Positions 1 through 9,820 of a DNA stretch of 64,000 nt are shown here, piece by piece. The DNA is from Candidatus Kapaibacterium sp. (lineage in GTDB: Bacteria; Patescibacteriota; Patescibacteriia; UBA9934). The translations under genes and the position numbers were made by a program. Each line of letters begins with the position of its first letter. Position 1 is the first letter of the stretch. A model generated the notes under the pieces. It saw only the letters and a list, made by a program, of their open reading frames with translations. It searched no databases and was not told where the DNA came from. The stretch covers positions 114,295-178,294 of the forward strand of contig JBILHA010000002.1 of NCBI GenBank assembly GCA_044350705.1, given 5' to 3'.

Positions 1-1312
1 CTCCTGCGGTGCCGTCATTGTTTCCGTCTAATGCGTTTGCTGATACGTCGACGATTCCGTCATAGGGGAACGTATCCACTTGCGGTGGACTTGATCCGGG
101 CGTTGCCGCCGCCACATTGATGCTCATCATCTCAGCTCCGGGCAAACAATATATCGTTTCGCCGCAGGAATTCGTTCCACAAGCTTCGGTCGACGTAAAC
201 GTTACCGTGGTATATCCATTTGAAATTTCATACGTCCCTTCCAGAGGAATTCCATCAGCGCCTGCGGTTTGTATATTGTCATATCCTCCAGAAGAAGTAC
301 GAGTTCCTGACGCAGAGGTAGGATCAACCGCTTCATCAAAGGTCACCTGTACGGTGATGTTGCGTGCATAGGTACCTGACGCCGCAGGGACTACTGACTG
401 AATCGTTGGCGGCGTTGTATCAATCGTCGTTCCGGTTTCAAACGACCACTCGTATCCACTACTATTGGATCCGGTAAATACCGCGTCGCCCTCTGCGTCT
501 ACAATGTCCGGCGAAAGAAATACCGTGTACGAAACGGATTCCGTGGAAGATCCAAGGTACTCCGCGGGGTCAAATACGAATGTTTTGAGATCTTCAGAAA
601 ATGCGACCGACACGTTGGTAAGCGCAGCTTCAATTCCATCCGCCGTTCGATAAATACTCACATTCTCACCGAAGATTGTCGTTGCAGCCGTGTCATCGGA
701 GGTATCTTCTGGCGTGCCGTTCGTATCGTATCCCGAAATGAACGACTCGATGTCCATGGCATCTCTAAATGTCACCATAATCCGAGCATTCCGAGCGACA
801 TCGGTGGCATTACGAGTCGGATAGTGATCGCGCAAGGCTCCACTTCCCAGCGAACCTGACAAGCGTTCAACCGATATACTTCCGTTATTCCCGCTTCCTC
901 CTGTACCTAGACCAGTTCCTTGTGAAATCCAATTTACGATAAATGTCGTAATCGCATACGCCGAAAGGGTAATGACCAGCCCAACCGTGGCGTTGATAAG
1001 CATCTTTTTCGCCTTGTCTACCTGCTTATCATCACCCCCCGCAGTCATCCACAAAAATCCCGCGTAGAGGACAAGGAGTAAAAAGACGATTCCCAGCAAG
1101 CCAAGGAATACATTGATGAGCGTTCCGATGATGTCAAAAATACTCGATGAACTGAGTCCTGCGGCCGAAGCAACACTTGCTGCCGCGTCATTACTTTGCG
1201 CTTGCGCAAATACCGGCACAGTGAGCAAAGAAACTCCTAGCAAAAGGAGCGTGGAAAGAATTTGCGATATACGCACAAAACGTCGAGGTAAAGAGTGAGC
1301 GACGTACGTCAT
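1..1312 (-). CDS. Large exported protein with an N-terminal VirB2/TrbC-like (CPR T4SS-type) pilin domain followed by SbsA/Big_5-like Ig domains; runs off the left edge
   Basis: Absent from the ORF track because there is no stop in the window. Hand translation from the ATG at 1312: MTYVAHSLPRRF...signal...IIGTLINVFLGLLGIVFLLLVLYAGFLWMTAGGDDKQVDKAKKMLINATVGLVITLSAYAITTFI, then Ig-like DHYPTRNATDVARNARIMVTF and TTPPTIQSVVP...NITVQVTFDEAVD. AGGAGGT lies just upstream. Confidence 0.85.
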   Translation of the reverse strand, partial: MTYVAHSLPRRFVRISQILSTLLLLGVSLLTVPVFAQAQSNDAAASVASAAGLSSSSIFDIIGTLINVFLGLLGIVFLLLVLYAGFLWMTAGGDDKQVDKAKKMLINATVGLVITLSAYAITTFIVNWISQGTGLGTGGSGNNGSISVERLSGSLGSGALRDHYPTRNATDVARNARIMVTFRDAMDIESFISGYDTNGTPEDTSDDTAATTIFGENVSIYRTADGIEAALTNVSVAFSEDLKTFVFDPAEYLGSSTESVSYTVFLSPDIVDAEGDAVFTGSNSSGYEWSFETGTTIDTTPPTIQSVVPAASGTYARNITVQVTFDEAVDPTSASGTRTSSGGYDNIQTAGADGIPLEGTYEISNGYTTVTFTSTEACGTNSCGETIYCLPGAEMMSINVAAATPGSSPPQVDTFPYDGIVDVSANALDGNNDGTAG

Positions 1313-1363
1313 GTCACCTCCTATTTTACCCCATACGCACTGCTGTTTTCCTTTCTTTCTCCC

Positions 1364-2461
1364 TTAGACTGGGGACAACACGTTCCCTATTTCTTCTTTG
1401 AGTTTCTCAAGTCCTTCTTTTTTCACTGCTGATACGAACGCATGGGGTTCGAGTCGTGCTTTTACCTGGCCTTTCTGCTCTTTCGTTAAGAGATCAGTTT
1501 TATTCACAACGAGAAGTCGAGGGGTCTCTTCTGCCCCTAACGTTGCCAGCACCTCATCAACCACCGCAATTTTCCGTTCGTATTTTGGATCCGCTCCGTC
1601 AGCAACGTGCAAAATCACATCGGCATGAATCGCTTCAGAGAGCGTTGACGTAAAAGCTTTAATGAGCTCCGGTGGAAGACCTTCGATAAATCCGATCGTA
1701 TCCGAAATGAGCACTGAGGCATTCTTTTCAGGTAAAAAACATTCTCCTACCCGCGTATCCAACGTGGCAAAGAGCTTGTTTTCCCCCTTTTCTTTTCGTT
1801 TTGTCAGCGCCGCAAGAAGCGACGTCTTTCCCGCGTTCGTGTACCCCACCAGCGCCACGGTCTGCTGTCCACGACGCACTCGATGTTTTCGCTGCTCCGT
1901 ACGCAGGCTTTCATACTGTTTGAGTTTATCCAAAATCCGACGCTCTTGATCTCGCAAGTGGCGCTTCATCGCCTCGGTATTTCCCTCTCCACTCCCTCCT
2001 CGCGTTCCCGTGCCTCCGCGCTGACGTCCAAGCTGAGCTCCCAAGTTGAAAATTCTTGGTCCCATGTGACGAATGCGAGCGAGCTCAATTTCGAGCTTCG
2101 CTTCCGCAGAAGTCGCATGCTTTTCAAAAATGTGGAGAATGAGATCAATACGATCCCAAACTTTAACCCCTACTGGACGGAGTGCTTCCTCGAGATTAAA
2201 CAGCTGGCTCGGCTTTAATACCGCATTGATGATGAGCACGGTCGCCCCCCATGTTTTCGCGTGCGTGAGAATCTCTTCCACCTTTCCCTTTCCCAGGAAG
2301 GTTCGATAATCCGGGATTGCTCTTCGCTGAATTGTTTGTACAACCGCAATACCGCCGTACGTTTTCGTCAGCTCTTCAAGTTCACTCATTCTGTACACCG
2401 CTTCAGGCTTCGGAACAGAAAAGTGAATAACGTCAGCTAAAATGGCTCGATGTGTAAACAT
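1364..2461 (-). CDS. hflX: GTPase HflX
   Basis: GYTNAGKTS, LFATLD, DTIGF and NKTD motifs; HflX N-domain (GKGKVEE, DRIDLILHIF). Confidence 0.96.
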   Translation of the reverse strand: MFTHRAILADVIHFSVPKPEAVYRMSELEELTKTYGGIAVVQTIQRRAIPDYRTFLGKGKVEEILTHAKTWGATVLIINAVLKPSQLFNLEEALRPVGVKVWDRIDLILHIFEKHATSAEAKLEIELARIRHMGPRIFNLGAQLGRQRGGTGTRGGSGEGNTEAMKRHLRDQERRILDKLKQYESLRTEQRKHRVRRGQQTVALVGYTNAGKTSLLAALTKRKEKGENKLFATLDTRVGECFLPEKNASVLISDTIGFIEGLPPELIKAFTSTLSEAIHADVILHVADGADPKYERKIAVVDEVLATLGAEETPRLLVVNKTDLLTKEQKGQVKARLEPHAFVSAVKKEGLEKLKEEIGNVLSPV

Positions 2462-2464
2462 TTT

Positions 2465-2911
2465 CTAGGAAAGGTGCTTATCTACAAACGCTTTAATACG
2501 CGAACCATCCGCGAGTCCCTTGAGTTCTTTTGAGAGTGTCCCCATCACTTTTCCTGCTGCCTCTTTTCCCTGCGCGCCCATTTCTACAATTTTTGCTTTT
2601 ACGCGTGCTTCGAGATCTTCGTCTGTCAGCTGCTCGGGAAGATATTTTTTGAGAACTTCCAACTCTTCTTTTGCTTTTTGCGCCAAATCTTCACGCGCAT
2701 TTTCCACAAAAGCATCCAGAGCATCTTTAATTTTCTTTGCATCAGCCTTAACGACCTCTATCACCTCCGCGTCAGAAAGTTCTTTATTCAACTCAATTGC
2801 CTTATTCTTTACTGACGAAATGGTCATTCTCAGCACCTCGAGCGTTTTCATGTCCCTTCCTTTCATTGCAGTTTTCATGTCTTCCTGCAGTTTCTCAAAA
2901 ATCGATGGCAT
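2465..2911 (-). CDS. GatB/YqeY domain protein
   Basis: EKLQEDMKTAMK...LEVLKKYLPEQL...GKVMG...ADG pattern; start taken at MPSIF. Confidence 0.9.
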   Translation of the reverse strand: MPSIFEKLQEDMKTAMKGRDMKTLEVLRMTISSVKNKAIELNKELSDAEVIEVVKADAKKIKDALDAFVENAREDLAQKAKEELEVLKKYLPEQLTDEDLEARVKAKIVEMGAQGKEAAGKVMGTLSKELKGLADGSRIKAFVDKHLS

Positions 2912-2986
2912 ATAGAGAAATGGTAACACGCTCCCCCTCCTTTCTCAAACATAAATCCCCCAACGGATTTCCATCGGGGGATTATG

Positions 2987-3238
2987 CTAACGCTTCTTTG
3001 CGCGAAGATCTTCTTCGGTCACTTTTCCAGTCTTGAGCATGAATGCGCGACGTGCGCCCTTCTCAAGTTTACGGAGTGCAGAATCTTGGATCTTGTTCTT
3101 CTTTGGGCTTTTTACCCAAAAACGATTCGCTTTTACATCCAGCTGCTTTCCGCTTTGCTGCATGCGTCGGGTAAAGCGGCGCAACAATGCGTCAAAGCTT
3201 TCTCCCTTTTTTCGTTTTGCTTCAATGTGGGTAGACAT
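2987..3238 (-). CDS. rpsU: 30S ribosomal protein bS21
   Basis: Basic 83 aa protein with GESFDALLRRF; rpsU-yqeY synteny. Confidence 0.85.
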   Translation of the reverse strand: MSTHIEAKRKKGESFDALLRRFTRRMQQSGKQLDVKANRFWVKSPKKNKIQDSALRKLEKGARRAFMLKTGKVTEEDLRAKKR

Positions 3239-3297
3239 GTGATTTCACCTACTTTTCAATGGGAAAGAGTATACCTGAGCAGTAAAAACACGTCAAG

Positions 3298-4659
3298 CTA
3301 CTTCTTATTTGCCCGTGCCTCCTGGAGACGCTTTGCAACAATAGCCACCACCTTTTCCACGTCTACAATTTCTTGGACACCGGAATCCATATCACGAATA
3401 ATGACCGTGCCATCTAGTACTTCTTTCTGTCCAAGGATGATTGAAAGTGGGGCCTTGAGTTTATCCGCAATCTCCAACTGTCCTTTTAGATTTCCTTTCG
3501 AGAAAGCTTCCGCCACTTCAATGCCCGCTTCACGGAACTTTTCATATACCCGCAGTCCTTTGCGACGTGCCGCTTCTCCGAGCTGACAGAAAAACACGTC
3601 AACCGAACGCTTCATGTCTGGCAACTTTCCTGCCGCCTTCACGGCATTAATCACTCGCTCTACTCCTACCGCTGCGCCTACCGCTCCCGTTTCTTCACGG
3701 CCACCGAGCATGGGAACGAGGCCATCATAGCGGCCTCCTCCTCCAAGCGCCGACTGTGCAGATTCATCATTTCCCGGATGCGCAAGCGAAATTTCAAATA
3801 CCGTTCGGCTGTAATAATCTAACCCACGAACAAGATACGGATCGAGGTTATATACCACTCCTGCATCATCAAGGTACTCCAACACGCGCATAAAGTGCTG
3901 CTTGGATTCTTCGTCGATATACTCAAGAAGCTGGGGTGCTTCTGCACGCACTTCATCCATGCCTGGCTCCTTAGAATCGAGGACACGAAGCGGATTCCGC
4001 AAAAGACGCTTTTGATCCACATCGCTCAGCTTTTTCTTTACTCCCTTCAGATACTTCGTAAGTTCTGCAATATACGCCTTGCGAGCCGCGAGCGTTCCCA
4101 GAGAGTTAATACGAATCGTCACTTCAAGACCCATGTCTTTACAGAAGCGTTCTGACATGAGGATGATTTGCGCGTCGACAATGGGATCGGTCGATCCGAT
4201 CGCCTCAAATCCCAATTGCCAAAATTGGCGATAGCGCCCCGCTTGAGGACGTTCATGACGGAACATGGGCTCAAAATACCAAAGCTTTACCGGCTGCGAT
4301 TGATTCACCATGCCATGCTCTACATATGCCCGAGCGACCGATGCGGTTCCTTCAGGACGCAACGTCATCTTTGTCCCCCCTTGATCGGTAAAGGTAAACA
4401 TTTCTTTCTCTACAATATCCGTGTCTTTTCCGATGCTCCGTTCAAAGAGTGAGGTTTGCTCCAGAATAGGAAGGCGGATGCGACCAAAGCCATACGCTCT
4501 GGCAAGAGATTGCGCCACCTGCTCTGCCTTATCCCAAACCGCCTGTTCTTCAGGAAGGACGTCACGGAAACCGCGAAGGGTCTCGGGGGATTTCGCTGAC
4601 TTCTTAGGAGTTTTTTCAACTTTTTCTTTGGCAACTTTTGGCATAGCATCAGAGGGCAT
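3298..4659 (-). CDS. hisS: Histidine--tRNA ligase
   Basis: LRPEGTASVAR, FRHERPQAGRYRQF, LVRGLDYY, GGGRYDGL. Confidence 0.98.
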   Translation of the reverse strand: MPSDAMPKVAKEKVEKTPKKSAKSPETLRGFRDVLPEEQAVWDKAEQVAQSLARAYGFGRIRLPILEQTSLFERSIGKDTDIVEKEMFTFTDQGGTKMTLRPEGTASVARAYVEHGMVNQSQPVKLWYFEPMFRHERPQAGRYRQFWQLGFEAIGSTDPIVDAQIILMSERFCKDMGLEVTIRINSLGTLAARKAYIAELTKYLKGVKKKLSDVDQKRLLRNPLRVLDSKEPGMDEVRAEAPQLLEYIDEESKQHFMRVLEYLDDAGVVYNLDPYLVRGLDYYSRTVFEISLAHPGNDESAQSALGGGGRYDGLVPMLGGREETGAVGAAVGVERVINAVKAAGKLPDMKRSVDVFFCQLGEAARRKGLRVYEKFREAGIEVAEAFSKGNLKGQLEIADKLKAPLSIILGQKEVLDGTVIIRDMDSGVQEIVDVEKVVAIVAKRLQEARANKK

Positions 4660-4682
4660 GGGTGAAAAATAGTAGATGCATC

Positions 4683-5258
4683 TTACAGGTTGTAGGTAGG
4701 TATTTCAAGGATTCCCGCATGATCAAGAGGCAATCCGCGAATCCATACCTTTCCCGTGATATTTTCAAAGGGGATGGGACCGATCGCCCGAGAATCAAGA
4801 CTTGCATCACGGTTATCTCCCATCAGGAAATATTCGCCTTGTCCAAGCTGTACCCGCTGCTTTCCCTCGGTCTCCTCGCTGAGGTACGACTCGTCGAGCG
4901 TAATTCCATTGAGGTATTCATCGTTATAAATAATGATGTGTCCGTCACGGATTTCCACCGTTTCTCCCGGAAGTCCAATTACCCGCTTAATATAGTACTG
5001 GCTCTCGTTTCCTGGCGGGTGAAAAACGACCGTTTCTCCTCGAAGAGGATCACGGAATCGATAGGTGAGCTCGTCGATAATCAGGTACTCATTTTCGTAA
5101 TAGCTCGGCTCCATGGATGCGCCCTTTACAATGAAGGGCTGTACGAGAAAATAGCGCACGGGAAGAATGATCGCGATTGCAATGGCCGCGATTTGCAGCA
5201 TCTCGAGGAAAAATCTTCCCAGTGCTTGTAATTGTGATTGATTCGACGATTCTGTCAT
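4683..5258 (-). CDS. lepB: Signal peptidase I
   Basis: GASMEPS, YIKRVIGLPGE, GDNRDASLDSR; start taken at MTESS. Confidence 0.95.
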   Translation of the reverse strand: MTESSNQSQLQALGRFFLEMLQIAAIAIAIILPVRYFLVQPFIVKGASMEPSYYENEYLIIDELTYRFRDPLRGETVVFHPPGNESQYYIKRVIGLPGETVEIRDGHIIIYNDEYLNGITLDESYLSEETEGKQRVQLGQGEYFLMGDNRDASLDSRAIGPIPFENITGKVWIRGLPLDHAGILEIPTYNL

Positions 5259-5287
5259 AGATATGCGCAAGGATAGCAAGAGTCCAC

Positions 5288-6445
5288 CTAGGTTTCCAGC
5301 CACAAAGGCTCCAAGCCAGGCATACGATCGCCTGCGAGGAGCGCGAGCATCGCCCCTCCTCCTGTAGAAATGTTCCATGTCGGCGAGAGCAGCTTCTTTT
5401 TCTCAAGAAAAGTCACCGTCTCTCCTCCTCCCAGGAATACCTCTGCCTTTGTTTTTCTCAATGTCTTTGCAAGAAGCTCTGTTCCTTTTGTTCCTTCCTC
5501 TTCTTCAATGATGCCAAAAGGCCCATTCCAGAGAACGGTCTTTGCGTCTGCAAGAACGCGTGCATACCGTGCCTGGGTTTCAGGCCCGATATCCAACACC
5601 CGGTCCTCTTCAGGTCTTGCAACGACATCAGTTGGTAATAAAATTTTTCCCTCAAACCGATGCAACACACGACGGGCAGCCGTAAGGACCTCTTTCCTTC
5701 TAAAGGTTCCGCTTGCTCCTGGAACATCATCACCTTTTGCAAGCTGCACCGCAATCGCCACTCCTCCCCCGAGCAGAAGGGTATCCGCAAAGGCACCTAG
5801 TCGCTCAATAAGCGCGACCTTTGTTTCTATCTTCGCTCCTCCGATCATGCATACAAAAGGCGTCTTTACGGGCTTTGCGAAACGTGCAATCTCTTCCCGC
5901 ACTCCTTCTCCCGCATAACTCGGGAGATGCCTCGTGATTGCATGCACTGAAGCATGAGCACGATGTGAAACGCTAAAGGCATTATTGATAAAAAGCGTGA
6001 ATGGCGCTGCGATTGCCTTTGCAAACGCGTCATCATCTTTTTCTTCTGCGCGCCAAAAGCGAACGTTCTCCAAAAGAAAAATGCTCCCGGGCTTCGCTTT
6101 ACTTAACGCGCTCTTTACCTCATCTCCATACACCGCAGGAAGAAACGTTACTTTCTTTTTTAAACGGCCTTCAAGCAACGGAACTAAATGCTCCGTACTC
6201 AATGCGCTATCACTCTTTCCGTGCGGGTCGCCCCAGTGCGTCAGCAATGCCACAATCGCCTTTTGTTTTACTAGGCGTTGAATTTCGGGGATAGCCTGTG
6301 CAATTCTTCCTCGCTTTCCCCCGTCATCTAGCTCATCTGCACGCTCTTTCCAGGGAATATTAAAATCTACGCGCATGAGCACGGGGGTACCCGCCACAAT
6401 CTCCTCATTTCTCAGCGCGCGCAATTCACGCGTGGGAAGCATCAT
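5288..6445 (-). CDS. pgk: Phosphoglycerate kinase
   Basis: RVDFNIP, LLENVRF, HRAHAS, GGAK, WNGP, STGGGA. Confidence 0.95.
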   Translation of the reverse strand: MMLPTRELRALRNEEIVAGTPVLMRVDFNIPWKERADELDDGGKRGRIAQAIPEIQRLVKQKAIVALLTHWGDPHGKSDSALSTEHLVPLLEGRLKKKVTFLPAVYGDEVKSALSKAKPGSIFLLENVRFWRAEEKDDDAFAKAIAAPFTLFINNAFSVSHRAHASVHAITRHLPSYAGEGVREEIARFAKPVKTPFVCMIGGAKIETKVALIERLGAFADTLLLGGGVAIAVQLAKGDDVPGASGTFRRKEVLTAARRVLHRFEGKILLPTDVVARPEEDRVLDIGPETQARYARVLADAKTVLWNGPFGIIEEEEGTKGTELLAKTLRKTKAEVFLGGGETVTFLEKKKLLSPTWNISTGGGAMLALLAGDRMPGLEPLWLET

Positions 6446-7670
6446 TTTCTCCATAGGTTTCTACACCTCGATACCATAACATAACCGCATGATATATCGG
6501 GAATATTGAAAGGAAGTATTTCAAATCTACTAATCTTCTCAGAATAAACGCACCCTTTCCCGCCAGAGGAATACCCAGCACTCTTCCCACGCCATACGAT
6601 CCTCCGACCGCAAGCAATGTCTGCCATTTTTTTCGTGGAAATGTTTTTAACTCTTTATGGCTAAAAAGTGCCAAGATATTTTTCGCCACGTACGGAGCCT
6701 GTGCAGAAGCTGCCTGTGCGCTTTGAGGATCAGGCCGCTCTCCTTCGCGGGCAGCCATATCTCCCAGCGCGAAGATATTTTTCTTTCCCTGTACTTGAAA
6801 CGTCCCTTCAACACGCACTCTTCCTCGCTCATTTACCGGCAGCCCCCATTTTTCCCCTGGTTCTCTTCTACTTTTTACTCCCGCTGACCATACCAAGAGA
6901 TCAAAAGGAAGACTCAGGTTCTCTGCTCGGATTTCTCCTGGCAGGACTTCTCTCACGGTCGTCTGTGCAAAAAATTCTATTCCTAAATCCTTAAAACGCC
7001 CTAAGACACGTCGCCGAACGCTGGGATGAAACATGCTCACCGGCTCTTTCCCTGCATCACATAACACCAGTCGCACGCATAACGAATCTAATCCGCGCAC
7101 CTCGCAAAAAGATTTTCTTACCGCAGCCATTTCTGCAACAAGCTCCACGCCGTTTGCTCCCCCGCCGACCACAACTACCGTTGCCCGATCCATACGGCGC
7201 TCTTCCACATCGTGGAGCAATCTTCGAAAATGAAGAGCGATATGCTCTGCTTCCCGAGGAGTTTTTAGTGCGCTTGCATACGTTTCTACACCAGCGATAC
7301 CAAAATCATTCGTCAGCGATCCTCCTGCAACCACTATTACATTAGCTTTTATTACCGCTCCTCCTGCACAAATTACTGAAGATCCATCGGGAGCAATATC
7401 CTCTACGCGAGCGCGGACAAAACGGATTCCTCTAAATCCCGGAAAATGAAAGAACGGTATGCTCGCCCGCTGGCGCGCTCGCCTCACCGAAGCTTCGCTT
7501 CGTACCGGGCTCAGAGCCGTTGCTACCTCATAGAGCCAGGGCGTGTATACATGCTCTTCTCGCTCGTCGATCACCACAATCTCAACATCCTTGCGCGACG
7601 TTCTCCGCGCAAGCTGACGAGCGACACTCACTCCTCCAAATCCTCCCCCTACAATAACCACGCGCTTCAT
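6426..7670 (-). CDS. ndh: Type II NADH dehydrogenase-like FAD oxidoreductase
   Basis: Two Rossmann motifs (GGGFGG, GGGANGVE) and FALGD. Confidence 0.85.
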   Translation of the reverse strand: MKRVVIVGGGFGGVSVARQLARRTSRKDVEIVVIDEREEHVYTPWLYEVATALSPVRSEASVRRARQRASIPFFHFPGFRGIRFVRARVEDIAPDGSSVICAGGAVIKANVIVVAGGSLTNDFGIAGVETYASALKTPREAEHIALHFRRLLHDVEERRMDRATVVVVGGGANGVELVAEMAAVRKSFCEVRGLDSLCVRLVLCDAGKEPVSMFHPSVRRRVLGRFKDLGIEFFAQTTVREVLPGEIRAENLSLPFDLLVWSAGVKSRREPGEKWGLPVNERGRVRVEGTFQVQGKKNIFALGDMAAREGERPDPQSAQAASAQAPYVAKNILALFSHKELKTFPRKKWQTLLAVGGSYGVGRVLGIPLAGKGAFILRRLVDLKYFLSIFPIYHAVMLWYRGVETYGENDASHA

Positions 7671-7674
7671 ACTC

Positions 7675-8160
7675 TTATCGTACGACGCTCTTTCGCCTTA
7701 TCTTTTCCTTCCCAATTTGCAAACGATCCATAATATCATCAATTCCAAAAACACAACCCCATCGAGAAATGAACGCGATGCCCAATAACAGGATACTTAC
7801 CATCCACCATGCACCCATGATTTCCCTGACGAGCAGATGATCAATTGCGAGTACTCCCAAAAAGAATATGAGGAGAACCGATGCTGCGGTTCGCGTAAAC
7901 ATTCCTAATGCGAGAAGCGCTCCTGCGACAATGATGATCCCATACCAAAACGCCATGTTCCATACGGTTGCAAATGCTTCCAAAAAAGGTACTGCCTGCA
8001 CTTTTAAGCGCCCTAATACTTCCGGCATCGCGGCATGCAAGGACAGAAAATCTTTTACGAGCGCCCATGCAAATGCAACACGCACTCCCGCTAGTAGTAC
8101 TCCTGTTTGCGGAAGAAAATGGGGGTTAAAAAAACGCTCTGCTGCAGAAGACGTCTTCAT
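7675..8160 (-). CDS. DoxX-family membrane protein
   Basis: Four hydrophobic segments, ALLALGMFTRTAA, C-terminal FGID. Confidence 0.7.
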   Translation of the reverse strand: MKTSSAAERFFNPHFLPQTGVLLAGVRVAFAWALVKDFLSLHAAMPEVLGRLKVQAVPFLEAFATVWNMAFWYGIIIVAGALLALGMFTRTAASVLLIFFLGVLAIDHLLVREIMGAWWMVSILLLGIAFISRWGCVFGIDDIMDRLQIGKEKIRRKSVVR

Positions 8161-9158
8161 ACGACCGCCATGCGGGCAAGTTCCACGAGACGATTCGCAT
8201 ATCCCCACTCATTGTCATACCAAGCAACGACTTTGACGAGGGTTCCTTCTACGACATTGGTGAGCTCACTATCGACAATGCAAGAATGCGGATTTCCTCG
8301 GTAATCTGAAGAAACGAGGGGCTCATCGGATACGGCTAAAATACCTTTGAATCGCGCTGTTGCTGCCGCACGTGCTAATGCGAGATTTATTTCTTCCTTT
8401 GTCGTGGGGCGCTTGAGTACATACACCATATCCGAAAGCGATACCGTGGAAAGCGGCACTCGAATTGAGAGTCCATCAAATTTTCCTTTGAGTGCAGGGA
8501 TGGTTTTTGCTACTGCTTTGGCGGCTCCTGTTGTTGTAGGAACCATATTTTCCGCAGCTGCTCGTCCTTCACGCCAATCTTTTTTTGGCGCATCGACGAG
8601 CGCTTGGGAAGCGGTATATCCATGCACGGTCGTGAGCAATGCGCGCTCAATGCCAAACGCTTCTTCCATCACCGCAGTCACGGGCGCTGCGCAGTTCGTT
8701 GTACACGAAGCATTACTCAAAATAAGATGTTCATCATCTTTTACTCCCTCGCAGTTCACTCCACGAACGTAGGTAGGGATATCCCCCTCTTTTGCGGGAG
8801 CAGAAAGAAGTACTTTTTTTGCACCTGCCTTGATGTGCGCCATCGCGAGATCCTCTGTAAGAAAAAGACCCGTGCATTCAAGCACGATATCTACATTTAA
8901 TGTTTCCCAGGGAAGCTTTGCGGGATCTTTTTCTGCAAACAGCCGAATCTCATGGCTTCCCACGATAATCTTCCCCTCTTCCGCGGCAACGGAAACGCCC
9001 CATGTGCCGTAATTCGTGTCATGTTTTAACAAATACGCAAGGTTATCTGCTGGAGCCAAATCATTTATTGCTACAATTTCTATATCTTCAAAACCCCATG
9101 CAACTTTACAAGCACTTCTTCCAATACGCCCAAACCCATTGATAGCAACGCGAATCAT
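8157..9158 (-). CDS. gap: Glyceraldehyde-3-phosphate dehydrogenase, type I
   Basis: AINGFGRIGR, SNASCTTNC, WYDNEWGY. Confidence 0.98.
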   Translation of the reverse strand: MIRVAINGFGRIGRSACKVAWGFEDIEIVAINDLAPADNLAYLLKHDTNYGTWGVSVAAEEGKIIVGSHEIRLFAEKDPAKLPWETLNVDIVLECTGLFLTEDLAMAHIKAGAKKVLLSAPAKEGDIPTYVRGVNCEGVKDDEHLILSNASCTTNCAAPVTAVMEEAFGIERALLTTVHGYTASQALVDAPKKDWREGRAAAENMVPTTTGAAKAVAKTIPALKGKFDGLSIRVPLSTVSLSDMVYVLKRPTTKEEINLALARAAATARFKGILAVSDEPLVSSDYRGNPHSCIVDSELTNVVEGTLVKVVAWYDNEWGYANRLVELARMAVV

Positions 9159-9217
9159 ATGCAGGTATTGTAGCAAAAAGAAAAAAACATCCGTTCTTCA
9201 ACGGATGTTTTTTATCA

Positions 9218-9808
9218 TTATGCGCCGAGTGCCATGCGAACAAAGCGACCGATACGGAGGTTTTCTCCAATCTTGAGCACTTTGCCTTCAAGCACCTGAG
9301 CAACGGTAAGCTCATCATCTTTTACGAACTTCTGATCGAGCAACACGATTTCCTCGTAGAACTTATTCATTTTTCCTTCCAAAATCTTTTCCACAACTTC
9401 CGCAGGCTTTCCTTCTGCAGCAAGCTGCTCACGGTGAATTGCCTTCTCGCGTTCAACAACCTCTGCGGGAACCTCTTCACGGGTCGTGTACTGAGGAGCT
9501 GCTGCCGCAATGTGCATTGCAAGATCCTGACAGAACGCGATGAAGTCCTCATTACGTGCGACGAAGTCCGTCTCGCACATGATTTCTACCATGACCGCGA
9601 GTTTTCCGTTGCCATGCATGTAGGTTTGTACGCGGCCTTCTGCGGTTGCGCGCTCCGCTTTCTTTGCTGCTTTTGCTGCTCCACTCTTACGCAAGAGGTC
9701 TACTGCAGCTTCCATGTTGCCATTTGCTTCGGTGAGCGCTTTCTTTGCGTCCATCATTCCTGCACCAGTCATCTCACGAAGCTTTGCGATATCTGCGACG
9801 GTAAACAT
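9218..9808 (-). CDS. tsf: Elongation factor Ts (short form)
   Basis: LREMTGAGMMDAKKAL, ETDFVA. Confidence 0.97.
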   Translation of the reverse strand: MFTVADIAKLREMTGAGMMDAKKALTEANGNMEAAVDLLRKSGAAKAAKKAERATAEGRVQTYMHGNGKLAVMVEIMCETDFVARNEDFIAFCQDLAMHIAAAAPQYTTREEVPAEVVEREKAIHREQLAAEGKPAEVVEKILEGKMNKFYEEIVLLDQKFVKDDELTVAQVLEGKVLKIGENLRIGRFVRMALGA

Positions 9809-9820
9809 AGAAGGAGAGGG

